Part shown: piece by piece, positions 40,614 through 56,460 of the stretch
Layout: every line of letters starts with the position of its first letter
Position numbering within the stretch: position 1 is the first letter of the stretch
Source of the DNA: Octopus vulgaris
Lineage: Eukaryota
Direction: 5' to 3'
Assembly (NCBI GenBank): GCA_951406725.2
Contig: OX597835.1
Span: 17,174,001 to 17,238,000, forward strand
Length of the DNA stretch: 64,000 nucleotides
Made by a program: the position numbers and the translations under genes
Notes under the pieces: model-generated
Told to the model about the DNA's origin: nothing
Database searches by the model: none
What the model saw: only the letters and a program-made list of their open reading frames with translations

Positions 40614-40620
<7 letters not shown>
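40355..40620. mobile_element. PLE-like repeat family P1: inverted 3' end plus forward segment with hammerhead
   Basis: 40355-40440 matches 48106-48190; 40545-40615 matches 48345-48420; hammerhead at 40469-40514. Confidence 0.7.
40469..40514 (+). ncRNA. Type-I hammerhead ribozyme motif, near-canonical
   Basis: CCAC-CTGATGA-a-TGTC-cttagaagt-GACA-g-GAAA-CAATTG-TA-GTGG: stem I ccac/gtgg, stem II tgtc/gaca, palindromic stem III ACAATTGT, GUA triplet. Confidence 0.8.
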
Positions 40621-40664
<44 letters not shown>

Positions 40665-40944
40665 TGAAGAAATGAAGGGTAAAGATACCGCTTGCTAAAA
40701 ATGAAAGTGAAAGCTTAAAAAAACCACCAATTCTACGATAAATACACACACGAGCAATGCAAAGAATATTTTTTAGAATAGGCCTACCTTCAGGTTGGAA
40801 TTTGAAGGTAGTTTACTACATACCTTAATATCAATTGATTTCATGCTGTGCATGAGAAAATTTGCTTTACAATCCTCAGTTGGAGACAGTATTTAACATC
40901 AATTTCTAGAATATTCACTACGTCTAGTCGTGTACGCTACGTCG

Positions 40945-41053
40945 AGCTTTACGTGTTTTCGCTCAATAAACACCCACAACGCCCGGTCTGGGAATCGAAA
41001 CCGCCATCCTACGACCGAGAGTTCGCTGCCTAAACCACTGGGCCATTGTACCT

Positions 41054-41055
<2 letters not shown>
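40945..41055 (-). mobile_element. SINE family C, 5' fragment
   Basis: Reverse complement of the family C head (ggaggtacaatggcccagtggtttaggcagcg...gtttcgattcccagaccgggcgttg). Confidence 0.88.
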
Positions 41056-41105
<50 letters not shown>

Positions 41106-41359
41106 GGGTCTCTGTGTGTGTTTGTGTCTTGTGTGTATACAGCTCCTGAAAGCAAAATGAACTATATATGCACTCTATAGCATCGAAGTCCACGGCCAAG
41201 TTTTGATTGATGTATACACACGCACAAGAATATATATATATAAATGTTTTTGTGTTTGTGTATATAACCATATATGTATGCACACATATTGATGTACATA
41301 TATATATATATATATAAACATACATATGTGTATGTACATGTATATGTCTTATATGTATA

Positions 41360-41400
<41 letters not shown>

Positions 41401-41635
41401 TCAAATTAATATTCAATATACATAAACATCTATTGTAATGAGAATTGGATGAGACGAACATTTGGAAAACGTTCTGATGTCGATGGAACATATTGCCACA
41501 CACGCTCATATCCATAGATACTTGAACAAGTTTATTGTTATCTATAAAACCACGAGATAGTCTTATATATAATAGATGTGTCCATGTCATGTTGAGTGTT
41601 GGCACTGATTGAGCTAAATTACGCCATTAAGTGGT

Positions 41636-41758
41636 TTCAAAGTTTGGCGCAAGGCCAGCAATGTCGCTGTAGGTTGTTATTAGTCGACTACATAGATACG
41701 GATGCTCAAGCAGTACTTGTTTCATCAACCTTGAAAGGATGAAAGGCAAAGTCGACCT
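41636..41758 (-). mobile_element. SINE family B, old fragment
   Basis: ggcgcaaggccagc...tagtcgactacat...gaaaggatgaaaggcaaagtcgacc. Confidence 0.75.
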
Positions 41759-42080
41759 GTACCCAGCTCTGGATAGATATTCTTAGGTGTGTTTTTGCAT
41801 GGGTGTGTATGGGAAGCTCGGTGAAGGGCAAATGTAGGATAGAATAGTCTTGTGAATCAGCCTCAAAGAAACGAAGGATCGCTCAAATGGGACTCTATGG
41901 TTATCTCCTTCGCTGTAAGGTGGAGACGTTTGTGCAGGTAACGGATCCGAACACCGCTCGACAGATAACGTAGAACGCGAAGGATTCCATGATTACAATG
42001 TGTGTGTGTGTGTGTGTGTGTGTGTTATATGTGGGTGCGTGTGTAGATTTATCTCTCCCTCCATATGTATTTACTTTTAA

Positions 42081-42149
<69 letters not shown>

Positions 42150-42295
42150 TGTGTGTGGCTGGGTGGTTGTGTGTATGTATGTATTTATATATGTGGATAT
42201 ATATATATACATATGTATCTATGAATAGACGCATATATATAAATATACATATGAATATATATATATGTGTGTGTATACGTAGATAGATTGAAACT

Positions 42296-42331
<36 letters not shown>

Positions 42332-42505
42332 TTTGTATGAATGTACGTAATTATGTATATAACTATGAAAACACGAGTTTGTGTACATACATGTATATAT
42401 TATATATACATATATACATCTATGTTTGTGTGTATTTATATATACATACAGATAGAGATAAAGATAACAGGGAAGGGTGACTTTAGAGTTCAAGAAGAAA
42501 GAGGG

Positions 42506-42543
<38 letters not shown>

Positions 42544-43121
42544 TGTGTGTGTGTGTATGAGAGAGAAGGAGAGGGGGGAGGAAGATAGAAGATACCGTTT
42601 GAAGATAGAACGTGACAAGAAATATTTTCGTGATTTTGATATTAATCACACATGAAACCATCGCTCTCCCTTCATTCTTTCTCGCTCTCTCGCTTTCTTT
42701 TCTTCGAACTTCTAAACCAAAAAAAAAAAGAATGATTCTATGATTCTAGAAGTGATGAATTGACACGTGTACACATACCACGCGCACGTACGAAGGCACT
42801 TGTCGGTTTCTATACACGATACTTCATGCCTCTACCACAAAATTCGGAGGCAAAACAGGTCTATATATCTTAGGAAACGTAACCTATCGGATGATAGGGG
42901 ACAACCTAAATAACAGTAATACACCACGTGATATGCATAAATCTAAACGGTTTATGGATGCATATATGGATATATATATATATATATATGTATACATATG
43001 TGTGTGTGTATGTGTTAATGTATGTATATATTGATGTATGTGTATATATATATATTTATACATACATACATACATACATACATACATACATACATACATA
43101 CCTACCTACATACATACATAC

Positions 43122-43176
<55 letters not shown>

Positions 43177-43455
43177 TTGTATATGTGTGTGTATGTTTCT
43201 AAAGATGTATGTATGTATGTTTGCATGTATGTATAGATGTATGTATCTCTTTAGATATGTATAAATATATGTTGGTGTATGTTATGTGTTTGCGTGTTTA
43301 TTTGAGAATAGGCATCTTATCTTTCAATATTCTAAGCCAGCCGGAAGCTATGATCATGTGACATCACGTGACCGCTTACAAATGCCTGATGATGATTACC
43401 GGCTTCTTTGCCTCCACACTGTAGTTCACGACGACGAGGATGGTGACGATGATGG

Positions 43456-43495
<40 letters not shown>

Positions 43496-43687
43496 AATGA
43501 TGAGGAGGAGGTTAAGAAGATGACAACGACGAAGACAATGAGGATGATGATGTTGGATGATGTGCAGCAGTTTCTACCTTTGATTTTTCTCATTTTCTCT
43601 TCAGTAGATTGACACACATGAATCTATGCATACATATAGATATGTGTTTCAGAAATACACACACACATGTATGTACATAAATGTGTA

Positions 43688-43950
<263 letters not shown>

Positions 43951-44749
43951 GTATATATGTATATAATTGCCCATGTGTATGTATATGCATATATATGTGA
44001 ATATATATGCAAGATAGCAAAATATATTTTATACTACAGAAACGATAATATTCGATCTTAATATTTTTTTTTACAATTTTCCTTATTTCTGTTTTAGTTC
44101 TTTATACATTTTCTGTATGATACCTTTTATTAATTTCCTCAGTCTGTTAGCTTTTCCCGTAGTTGCCACCTTCCCAGAAATGAAACGACGATAATTGTGG
44201 TTTGCTAATGCGCTTTCTGGTAAGCAATGAGAGATTAAGAGAATAATCGTGTAACTAGCCAAATCATCATCGACGAAATAAAAACCTGTTTCACTGTTAA
44301 CACTTCTTCAATTTCAAATGTCATTATATTTATGGTCCAATAGTATTTGAATTCCTTTGGGCCACAAATAAAGCTGTTGAAATAATGTAGCTTATTTACT
44401 GGCGGAAACCTATATAACATTGGTGTGTTAGAAGCTATGACTTATTCTTTCCTGTTCTCCATGGTTAGTAGATGTATAAGTGACTTATATGTGTATCCAG
44501 TGAAACGGTTCGAGTCATGAAGTTTATTACTTTCAAGTTTGCATTGAAATTTCTCAATTTCATTAACTGTTGAAGTACTTTCTGATTACGTTTTGCCTAT
44601 CGAGATTTTCATATTGGTGAAATGTCATAAATTCTGGTGTTTGATAATCTGCCTGCCTGCCTACCTACCTACCGACTTACCTACCTACCTACCTACCTAC
44701 CTACCTACCTACCTACCTACCTACCTACCTACCTACCTACCTACCTACC

Positions 44750-44846
<97 letters not shown>

Positions 44847-45997
44847 CTTACCTACCTAGTTCCATAGCTCTCTCTTCTCTCTCTCAATCTGTCTACCTAC
44901 CTACATAACCACCTACCTTTCTCTATGCCATCCACTCAGTTTCACTGATACTCTTTCTCTCTCTCTCTCTCTCTCTAGCTATCTATGTAACTATCAATCT
45001 ATTTATCTAGGTATCTATCTATATACATACATACTCATATATCTCTACCTATTTATACATATATAAGTATATATATATATATATATATACATACATCTAC
45101 GTATCAAAATGTGTGTGAGTGAGTGTGTGTGACCGTATATGTGTTTGTGTGTGTTTATAGACGTGCATATGCATCCATATTATGCCTAAGTGCGTGAATA
45201 CATATTCATAATGCTGCATACGTGATAAGTTATACATGTGCATAAAACAGAAAAACAATACCAAAACCACCACCACCACCACAAGAAGAAGAAGAACAAC
45301 AACAACAACAGCCATCATCATGATCATCAATACAGATATTCTTATGGAAGACCCAGACTCGCTTCAAAATGCACCGCATGCTTCATCATACTTCCTGTGT
45401 TTTACATTTTTTACGAAATTTCTTTTTATTAATTTCTTAAATATATATTTTTCGCGTAACGACCTTTACATTAAAACATGGAGAATTCGTTTCAACGACT
45501 GACGTAAAAGACTCACAGAAAAATCAATGACTTTCGTTACAATTTTTCATTTTTCATTCAATTTTTGGAAGGCATTTCTCTTTCTTCTTCCTTTTCGACT
45601 TCTTCTTCCTTTTCGACTTCTTCTTCTTCTTCTTCTTCTTCTTCCTTTTCGACTTCTTCTTCTTCTTCTTCACCGATTTTTCCCTACCCACTTATCAACC
45701 TCCACTTCCTACCCTCCTCCTCCTCTCGTCCACCATCCCTCCCCCTCTCCTCCCCCTCCTCATTTCCTCCCCTCATCCTCACCTTTCGTCGTCATTCTCG
45801 GCATCATCATCAATATCATTATCATGATCGTTGTATTCTTCTTCTTTTTCTTCTTCCAGTCTACTCCTCCTCCTCCACCTACTTCCCTTTCTAGTGCCCG
45901 TCTCCTTCATTCGTTTTCCTCTACTATTCCGCTATTCCGCAATTCCGCATCGCTTTTGCTTCACACAATCGTGTGCGCGCGAACACACAAACACACA

Positions 45998-46064
<67 letters not shown>

Positions 46065-46430
46065 TCACATGTACGCATGCGCATGCGCTCATATTATCAA
46101 TTTAATCCATACTTCACAATCACCTTAGGTTGCCTGACTCTGAACAGTAAGCATTATCAATGCGAGCAAGAGCAACTGAGAATGCACTGAAAAAGACACA
46201 CATATATATTCCGGTAGACTTACAGAATCATACACATACATATGGACATACACATATACAGACACGCGTACACACGGACACACGCACACACGCATTTATG
46301 TACACACAAACACACACTTATATATACATATTACATATTAGTTTAAATACATGTACAAACACATATATATACATATATATGGATATGTGTGGGTATATAT
46401 ATATATATGTATATATATGCATATATACAC

Positions 46431-46465
<35 letters not shown>

Positions 46466-46484
46466 TCCATATATGTATATATAA

Positions 46485-46525
<41 letters not shown>

Positions 46526-46616
46526 TATGAAATATACATAAAAATTTGTCTGTCTGGGAATGTATGTATGTATGTCTGCATGTATATATATATATATATA
46601 CATAGACATATACATA

Positions 46617-46654
<38 letters not shown>

Positions 46655-46670
46655 GAGATATACATATATA

Positions 46671-46708
<38 letters not shown>

Positions 46709-46741
46709 TATAAACACATATACACACATAATGATATATAT

Positions 46742-46777
<36 letters not shown>

Positions 46778-47187
46778 ATATATACGCATACATTTGTACA
46801 CATAAATATACACATGAACACTGAGTTACAGAAATATCCAAACATAGACACACATCTACATAAATATAATTATATATGTACGTATATATGTTTTATGTGT
46901 ATGTGTGTGTGTGTGTGCATGTTTTTCACTAAGTAGTTCTTGTACTAAAATTCACCATCCATAACTGAAAAAATATAATTACTAACAATCCCATAATTCC
47001 ATTCCTAGACATAAACAGCCAGAGAGAACATAACAAACGCATTACCTCCCTTTACAGGAAGCATACTCATAAACGCACACGTAAGCCTAAATATTTACAT
47101 TATATAAACACACATACACTCACACACACAGACCCGAACACAGGCACATGCACGTATATACATATATATATATCATATATATATAAT

Positions 47188-47541
47188 CGGACTCGCGGTC
47201 GTAGGATCGCGGTTTCGATTCCCAGACCGGGCGTTGTGAGTGTTTATTGAGCGAAAACACCTAAAGCTCCATGAGGCTCCGGCAGGGGATGGTGTTGATC
47301 CCTGCTGTACTCTTTCACCACAACTTTCTCTCACTCTCACTTCCTGTTTCTGTTGTACCTGTATTTCAAAGGGGCCGGCCTTGTCACTCTCTGTGTCACG
47401 CTGAATATCCTCGAGAACTACGTTAAGGGTACACGTGTCTGTGGAATGCTCAGCCACTTACACGTTAATTTCACGAGCAGGCTGTTCCGTTGATTCGGAT
47501 CAACCGGAACCCCCGTCGTTGTAACCGGCGGAGTGCTTCCA
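47188..47541 (+). mobile_element. SINE family C, nearly full length (A-box truncated)
   Basis: B-box gtttcgattccc, body shared with the 33129 copy, 3' end gtaaccggcggagtgcttcc. Confidence 0.92.
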
Positions 47542-47550
47542 TTATTATAT

Positions 47551-47601
<51 letters not shown>

Positions 47602-47755
47602 ATATATTCTTTTGAGACAGTCTAAAGTCTACAAAGATGTATATTAATGGTAGAATCCTCATTTAAAATATATGTTTACTGTCTCGTCCACAATCAAAGC
47701 AATACACACGCGCGCGCACACCCACATACATACATACATACATACATACATACAT

Positions 47756-47794
<39 letters not shown>

Positions 47795-47891
47795 CGCATA
47801 TATATATATATATATTTATATGTCTTTTGCCATATTACCGCATAATTACTTTTCCTAGACTGTTCTTTTCTTTCACTCCAGACCTTTCCTC

Positions 47892-47925
47892 TTTCTGACG
47901 AAGAACCATGCTCGAAACATCGAAA
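47892..47925 (+). ncRNA. Degenerate hammerhead motif, family P3
   Basis: ttt-CTGACGA-A-GAAC-cat-GCTC-GAAA-CATC-gaaa; one mismatch each in stem II and stem III. Confidence 0.5.
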
Positions 47926-48042
47926 TCCTTTCTTTTTCCCATCTCAAAATATCTCTGAACGTCAATGTAATACATTCACTGCGTACATCCTTTTGAATTT
48001 TCTCGTTTTCCTGTGTTTTCAGGCCTCTTTTTTCGATTTGAG

Positions 48043-48105
<63 letters not shown>

Positions 48106-48109
<4 letters not shown>

Positions 48110-48422
48110 AATATAAGGGAATAAATCCAAACTTACAGGGAAAATCAGATTTAGGATTGAATCCAATTTTATAGTAAAATATTATATTATATTAAATTAG
48201 AGACAGAACCACTATTAGGCAAATCAAACAATTAAAAACTTAAGCCAATACATATGATTAACTTATATTATTTAAATATATAACAAAATCGTAGTGTGAT
48301 ATTAATTATATTTATTTAATAATTTTGTTATATATTTAAATAATATAAATTAATCATATGTATTGGCTTAAGTTTTTCATTGTTGATTTGCCTAATAGTG
48401 GTTTTGTCTCTAATTTAATATA

Positions 48423-48430
<8 letters not shown>
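48106..48430. mobile_element. Family P1 fold-back: inverted arms of about 110 bp (48180-48289 / 48322-48430)
   Basis: Arms are near reverse complements (agagacagaaccactattaggcaaatcaa / ttgatttgcctaatagtggttttgtctct); embedded in (TA)n. Confidence 0.8.
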
Positions 48431-48479
<49 letters not shown>

Positions 48480-48850
48480 GAGGCGTGTTCTGTTAAGAAC
48501 GTATAAGAGTACAATTAGAGTTCGTGCACCCTTAGAATTGCCAAATAGCCGGTAGTATTCTTATGTTATGTTCCCAGTTCTAGTCTTAGGTATTCCTTAT
48601 GTGTGAAGCCATGGATGTCGTACCATGGAAATCTAGATTTACTTACAGAGACAGCAACTGAGTATCGCCTGAGGAGATACAGATAGATCTTCTTATATAG
48701 GTAAATCGTTACATAATTTAATTTAAACGTAGCTTTAAATCCTGTATGTACGAGGATCTGTACGTATGGATATATTTGTAGTGATTAAAAAGCTGCCTAA
48801 CCGTACTAACTCTTCCTTTTAACTCTTTCACTTTTTACTTACACACACAA

Positions 48851-48892
<42 letters not shown>

Positions 48893-49050
48893 GGAGAGAG
48901 GAAGAGAGAAAGAGAGAGAGAGAGAGAAGGAGAGAGGGAGAGAGAGAATTATAGTCGTCAACTAAACGTGTTTAAGGGTGTCGAGACACCTGTCTTGCTA
49001 GAAATAAGAGCTAACATGCTCCAATGCGGGTATAAAGGACATAATATACG

Positions 49051-49143
<93 letters not shown>

Positions 49144-49194
49144 ATGTATGTACCACAATCTTCCACACAGTTTAGGAAATTTACTCATTTAGTC

Positions 49195-49297
49195 AAGAGG
49201 CATCGACTAAATCAAGAGGCCGGTTACTATAGTAGATGATACTCGCTCAATGTGCCACATAGTGGGACTGAACCCAAAACTCCGATGACCGCGCCTG
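49195..49297 (-). mobile_element. SINE family A, diverged head fragment
   Basis: ctatagtagatgatactcgctcaatgtgccacatagtgggactgaaccc. Confidence 0.75.
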
Positions 49298-49599
49298 TAT
49301 GTTATTAAATCCTTAAAAACTCCCTGACTACCTGGAGGTTCGCAGAAAGAGTGCCTGAGTTAATGTATCGATTGAAACTCTGAGTAAACACAATTACATG
49401 GAGGCACCATATTCAGATCTGCTCTATAAACCTGCACAGGGCTGGGACCCTGGGATGGACGACGAAGCCTGAGGCTGCTGAGGATGGTAACTTTCCCTCT
49501 ATGTCAGTGCGAATAATACTCGTTCTAAAAACAAACACTGCTACGTATGCGTTAAATACTTTCTCCATTGTTTTGTTTCTTTTGCCACCAAATTTATGC

Positions 49600-49845
49600 A
49601 CGACAGCTCTGGCGCACTGTTTCGATTGCTAGCCGAGCCTCATCAGCGGAGGAAAGAATTATGTACATACAACAATCTTTTCAAAACAAATTCGGGTCAT
49701 ACCATATCACTAGCAATGCATTTTTTCTGCTATTATTGTACCGACCACAACTCCTAGAGAAAACCGACGCGCTATTTCGATTGCTGGTTCGGCCTCATCA
49801 GCGAAGCAAACACTCTTTTAAATGCTATTTTGGGTCATAGCATAT
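49600..49845 (-). repeat. Degenerate direct tandem repeat (about 155-bp spacing), each unit with a hammerhead-like core
   Basis: tttcgattgct..gcctcatcagcg at 49620-49648 and 49775-49803; gggtcata..at recurs at about 49694 and 49832. Confidence 0.6.
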
Positions 49846-51034
49846 TTTTAACTATGCAGCGTTTCGGCTATTATTATACTAACCACTGCATCCATTCAAA
49901 AAGTTTTTTCGCTCAACTGGACATCAATCATAGAATACGATATAACCACACAACCATTATATATATCTCTTTACATAGACAGTGCTGCACCGGTAGAAAA
50001 AACTAGGAGCTTAACACATAAATATCCCAATACATCTTTCACTAAGTATTTGTTTTTTTTTATGCAATAGATACAGAATGTTAACCACTCTAATGAAAAA
50101 CTTACAGAATACAATTCTAATATCCACGCAAAGGAAAACAAAACAAAATAAAATGGAAGCCACGAGTATCATATTAAAATATATTTCTTGTTAACGTTGT
50201 TGAGGTTACTGTTGCCTCTGAATAATTGTTGACATTGTTGTTGCTGTTAATGCTGCAGAGGCATTTGTTGTTGTTGTTGTTGCTACTGTTGTTGTTGTTG
50301 TTGTTACTGTTGTCGTCAAGATTATAATTGTTGTTATTATTTTCGAAGACGATGTTATATTTGTTGATGTTTTTTTTTATTGCTGTTGCTGTTACTCTGG
50401 TTGATACATTTTTAATCTCCTTTTTTCCTATACATATTCTTTCCAGATGAATATTCGCATTTCTTTTTTTTTCTTCTTCTTTTTTTTTTACCGATAAGAA
50501 ATGCGATTTTTCATATAAGTTTAGAAAATACTACTGTCTCCCCCCGCACTCCGCTATCATTGTATATTGGGTATTATAACTGCAACACACACAGTCACAT
50601 TGTTGCTCACACACAAGGGTATACACACACGCACACAGTCATATTATGTCTCACATACACGGACACACACACACCAGCACACGCTCAAAAAACACACACA
50701 AACACAAACAAACGCATACACACACACTTATATATTTCTATGTTCATAAAGATATATATATATATATACATATTTATATATGCATATATATGTATATATA
50801 TTCATATATAAATTTATATATATATACACACACGCACACACACACACATATATATATATATATGTATGTATATGTGTGTATAATAATGATAATGATGATG
50901 ATGATGATAATGTTATTGATATATATATATATTTAATAAAATATACATGTGTATATAAATATGTATATATTTAAACATGTGTACAAACGCAGACGTACGC
51001 ATATATAAAGATATATATTATATACCTAAACCAT

Positions 51035-51065
<31 letters not shown>

Positions 51066-51471
51066 GTATAAATATATACGTACATAAGTATATGTATACA
51101 TTTACATATCCATACATGTGTGTATATGTATATGTATGCCTATTTATGTAATCATTCATATCTGTGTGTGTGTAACAGTTAAAATAGAAGGCAATTTCGA
51201 TATTTGCACAATATAAATAACATATAAAATATAATAATTCCATTCAAACGCTTCACTAAAACTCAGAGTAGTTATAGTGTTATTGCTGTTGGTACACACA
51301 GGTGAAGGAAGTATTTTCGAATACCTTATTGGTACCTGCACATGTGCAGAGTAAGAACTAGAAAACTCCATCCACGTTCATATAGGTATGTGCTTAAAGG
51401 AAAGAGTATACGCCCCCCTTGTTGGTACATTAAAAACTGAAGGATGTACTTCTTACTACACAGCCACGCCT

Positions 51472-51888
51472 GTATGTTTGTATGTTTGTATGTATGTATG
51501 TATGTATGTATGTATGTATGTATGTATGTATGTATGTATGTATGTATGTATGTATGTATGTATGTATGTATATATGTATGTATATATGTATGTATGTATA
51601 TATGTATGCATGTATGCATGTATATATGTTTGTATGTATGTATGTACGAATGTATGTATATATGTATGTATGTGTGTATATATATGAGTATGTATGTATG
51701 TATGTATGTACGAATGTATGTATGTATGTATATATGTATGTATGTATATATGTATGTATGTATATATATATGTATGTATGTATGTATGTACGAATGCATG
51801 TATGTATGTATGCATGTATGTATATATGTATGTATATATGTATGTATCTATATATGTATGTATGTATGTATATATGTATGTATGTATG

Positions 51889-51922
<34 letters not shown>

Positions 51923-51964
51923 TGTATGTATGTATGTATGTATGTATGTATGTATGTATGTATG

Positions 51965-51998
<34 letters not shown>

Positions 51999-52135
51999 TG
52001 TATGTATGTATGTATGTATGTATGTATGTATGTATGTATGTATGTATGTATGTATGTATGTATGTATGTATGTATGTATGTATGTATGTATGTATGTATG
52101 TATGTATGTATGTATGTATGTATGTATGTATATAT
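51472..52135. repeat. (TATG)n array, about 660 bp
   Basis: Directly visible. Confidence 0.96.
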
Positions 52136-52144
52136 GCGTGTATG

Positions 52145-52250
52145 CATGTAATGGCTTAGTGGTAAGGATGCTGCACTCAAAATTGCGATATCGTGGTTTC
52201 GATTTCTGGATCGCGTAGTGCGTTGTGTTCTTGTGCAAAGCACTTCATCA
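52145..52250 (+). mobile_element. Old tRNA-derived SINE head
   Basis: A-box tggcttagtggtaag, B-box ggtttcgatttc, CORE-like gtgttcttgtgcaaagcactt. Confidence 0.65.
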
Positions 52251-52750
52251 CGTGATCACGTGACTAACTCCAGGTGAATGGTGCATCGAGCACCTGGTCC
52301 GGCGAAATCGATTCGATGGAGAGAGCGAGTTAATAACAAAGTGCACCAAGAACATTTGATCAACAATAAAACAACTGATGGCGGACGGGGGTGGGGGGAT
52401 ACTGTTTGGCAAGGATTTGTAGAACCATCGTCCTCGGACTACGAAGGCTTACTATCACGATGATGATGATGATCATCATCATCATCAGCTGTGGTCGTTC
52501 GTCAACACAGTCTTCGTACTCGCTACCACCACGTCCGTCATCATCATTAAGATCATCATCATGATCATCATTATCATCATCAACACCATCACCATCTCGT
52601 CGTCGTCATCCTCCCCTTCCCCTTCCTCCTCCTCCTCATCACCATCATCATCACCATCACCACCATTTTCAACCGGCGCTTTGTCTTCCTTCTTCTTCTT
52701 CTTCTTCTTCTTCTTATTATTATTATTATTATTATTATCATTATTATTAT

Positions 52751-52782
<32 letters not shown>

Positions 52783-53428
52783 TATTATTATCATCGTTAT
52801 TATTATTATTGCTGCGGTCAATATTGTTGTTATTGTTATTATTTATTATTGTTCTCATCATCATCATCATCATCTGCATGTGTGTGTGTGTGTGCGTGTC
52901 CTTCAGTGCGTCGACCAATGTGCACGAGCGTGTATATTGTTTGTAAATCCTGGTGAAGTTTCTACTTCTTGAATGAGTGCATATATCTCATTAAAGTATG
53001 GCGGCGGTATTATCGTTTTTAACTGAACGAGTAAGTAAAGAACATATGTCTACTGTAACAGAATATGATTAGCACAATATATATCTAATTGTCTCTCCTC
53101 ATATTTCTGTATATAAATAATGTGTAATTTTATACATACATAGTATATATTATATGTATATCACGAATGAGAGTACATATATAGGTATATATATATATAT
53201 ATATATATATAAATGTATATATTTATATATGAATATATATATGCATATATGTATATAGATATATATGTATGTATACATGTATATATATATATATATGTAT
53301 ACGTATGTATATATGTATATATACATGTATATGTATGTATATATGTATATGTATGTATAAATGTATATATATATAAATATACGTATGTATATATATATAT
53401 GTATATATGTATATACATATATGTGTAT

Positions 53429-53490
<62 letters not shown>

Positions 53491-53945
53491 ATATATAGAT
53501 GTATGTATGCATATATATGTATGTATCTCTGTATGTATGAAGTGTGGGTGTGAATGCGTACAACTCTCTTGTTCATATTCACCATATCTATGTGTGTGAG
53601 AGTGTGTGCATGTGTTTGTGTGCATGTGTATTTGTGTGTGTGTGTGTATCTATTTCTATGTATGTCTGATGTACCATTTTACACTTCATCTGTGATAAAT
53701 ATGAAGGCATGATGGGATAGCAAAGCTGTTGATACTTTTCTCTTTGATGTGACATTTGATGCAAAGCTAAAACGAAGGAAAAAAAATTCCAAAACCTCTC
53801 AATGGAGATGACCTCATGAACTTATGCAATCTCTGTTATTCTCACTGGAAACAGTAAGAGATCATATACTGAGTGGCTTCTTATCTGTACTGCTTTGAAA
53901 TAGCCGTACAGGAGCACTGCCGATGATGCATGCTCCGATATGTGT

Positions 53946-54662
<717 letters not shown>

Positions 54663-55107
54663 CCATGTACATAAATATAGGTGCGAAGGTAAGTACCTAG
54701 GTATGGATGTTTCCCTGTGAAAATATGCATACATATACCCTTCTATGTATGCACACACACATACATACATATATACACACATACACACACATAAATATAC
54801 ATGTACGTAGATATAGGTGTGAAGGTTAGTATACAAGTATACATACTTCTGTGTGCCTATATGCATATATATGTACGTATGTATGTATATCCAGCAACGC
54901 TCATATTCGCTTGTTTGTTTGTTTGTGTGTGTGTGTGTGTGTGTATGTGTATGAGTGTGTGTGTGATAGTATTCATGTGTGGATGAATATGTTTTTCTTC
55001 ATTAGAGCCTATATATGTTTTGTGTCTCTTAGTCCTCGACTGTATATTGATATGCACGAGTACGAACATACATACCTACACACAGACACACATAAAAATA
55101 TATGCAT

Positions 55108-55528
55108 ACTCTTTTACTATTTTACTCTTTTACTTGTTTCAGTCATTTGACTGCGGCCATGCTGGAGCACCGCCTTTAGTCGAGCAAATCGACCCCGGAA
55201 CTTATTCTTTGTAAGCCCAGTACTTATTCTATCGGCCTCTTTTGCCGAACCGCTAAGTGACGGGGACGTAAGCACACCAGCATCGGTTGTCAAGCAATGC
55301 TAGGGGGACAAACACAGACACACAAACATATACACACACACACTTATATATATATACATATATACGACAGGCTTCTTTCAGTTTCCGTCTACCAAATCCA
55401 ATTACAAGGCATTGGTCGGCCCGGGGCTATATCAGAAGACACTTGCCCAAGATGCCACGCAGTGGGACTGAACCCGGAACCATGTGGTTGGTTAGCAAGC
55501 TACTTACCACACAGCCACTCCTGCGCCT
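55108..55528 (-). mobile_element. SINE family A, full length, young
   Basis: High identity to 29782-30196. Confidence 0.95.
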
Positions 55529-56060
55529 ATGCATATATACTTTTAACACTCAACTTCTAAGTATATGTGTATTTACAAGTTGCGAGCTTCTTCAATATTT
55601 CGCCAAGAACGGCTTGTCAAACTGTCTGCTTGAAAAATCGTTCTTTGGGAAACTTCGAGATAATTGTTTTTCTGGAAAAATAAAATTTCCCTTCCTACGT
55701 GTTTATTTCTTTATTTTACACATACACCGATTCACACACAAACATAGCACTGCATACATACAGTCTATCATTTACAGAACAGTGCATCGTTGTATGTGAG
55801 ATATAAGAAACTGTGTACTATTCCCACATCTGCCTTGTACAACTTGAAGTGCAGACGTGCTAGTATCTGTCCTCATAATGAGAAGACCGATTGCTTGCTT
55901 CTCTTCAAGTGTCTCACCTCTGGTTCGTGTATATACAGTAACTTCGCTGTCGTCTGATTTAACGTCTCTTGTACTACCTCGACCCGATGACCCGATGAAA
56001 ATCCTTGTAAGTGGACTTGGTAGGTGGAAACTAAAAGAAGCCCGTCGTATATATATAATA

Positions 56061-56097
<37 letters not shown>

Positions 56098-56170
56098 GTA
56101 CTTATATATTGGCAATTATGTAGATAAGCAAATTAAATTTGACAGGTTGGGTCTGATATACAATGTGTGC

Positions 56171-56216
<46 letters not shown>

Positions 56217-56412
56217 AGCAAATGAGATAAAGAGATTATCGGTATAAAAAATACTTAGTAGCGCTCAAATGATTCGAACTTAAACCCCGATGTTTTCACG
56301 AGGAACCAATTCCATACGGTAAAGTGTGGCAATTAGAGGAATCCAGCTGAGCAGATATGGAGGCAATTATGCGGATAAACAAATTGAATATAACAGCTAG
56401 GGTTTCTTTCAG

Positions 56413-56444
<32 letters not shown>

Positions 56445-56460
56445 CATACATACATACATA

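Noticed and set aside
41800-41990. Possible RTE-type LINE remnant (LKW..YG.LLR-like)
   Set aside because: Only a few residues across frameshifts; not supportable without a search.
48595-48645. ccatgg..ccatgg-aaatctagattt hammerhead-like geometry
   Set aside because: Stem II and a palindromic stem III are present but the CUGANGA core is absent; too degenerate to call.
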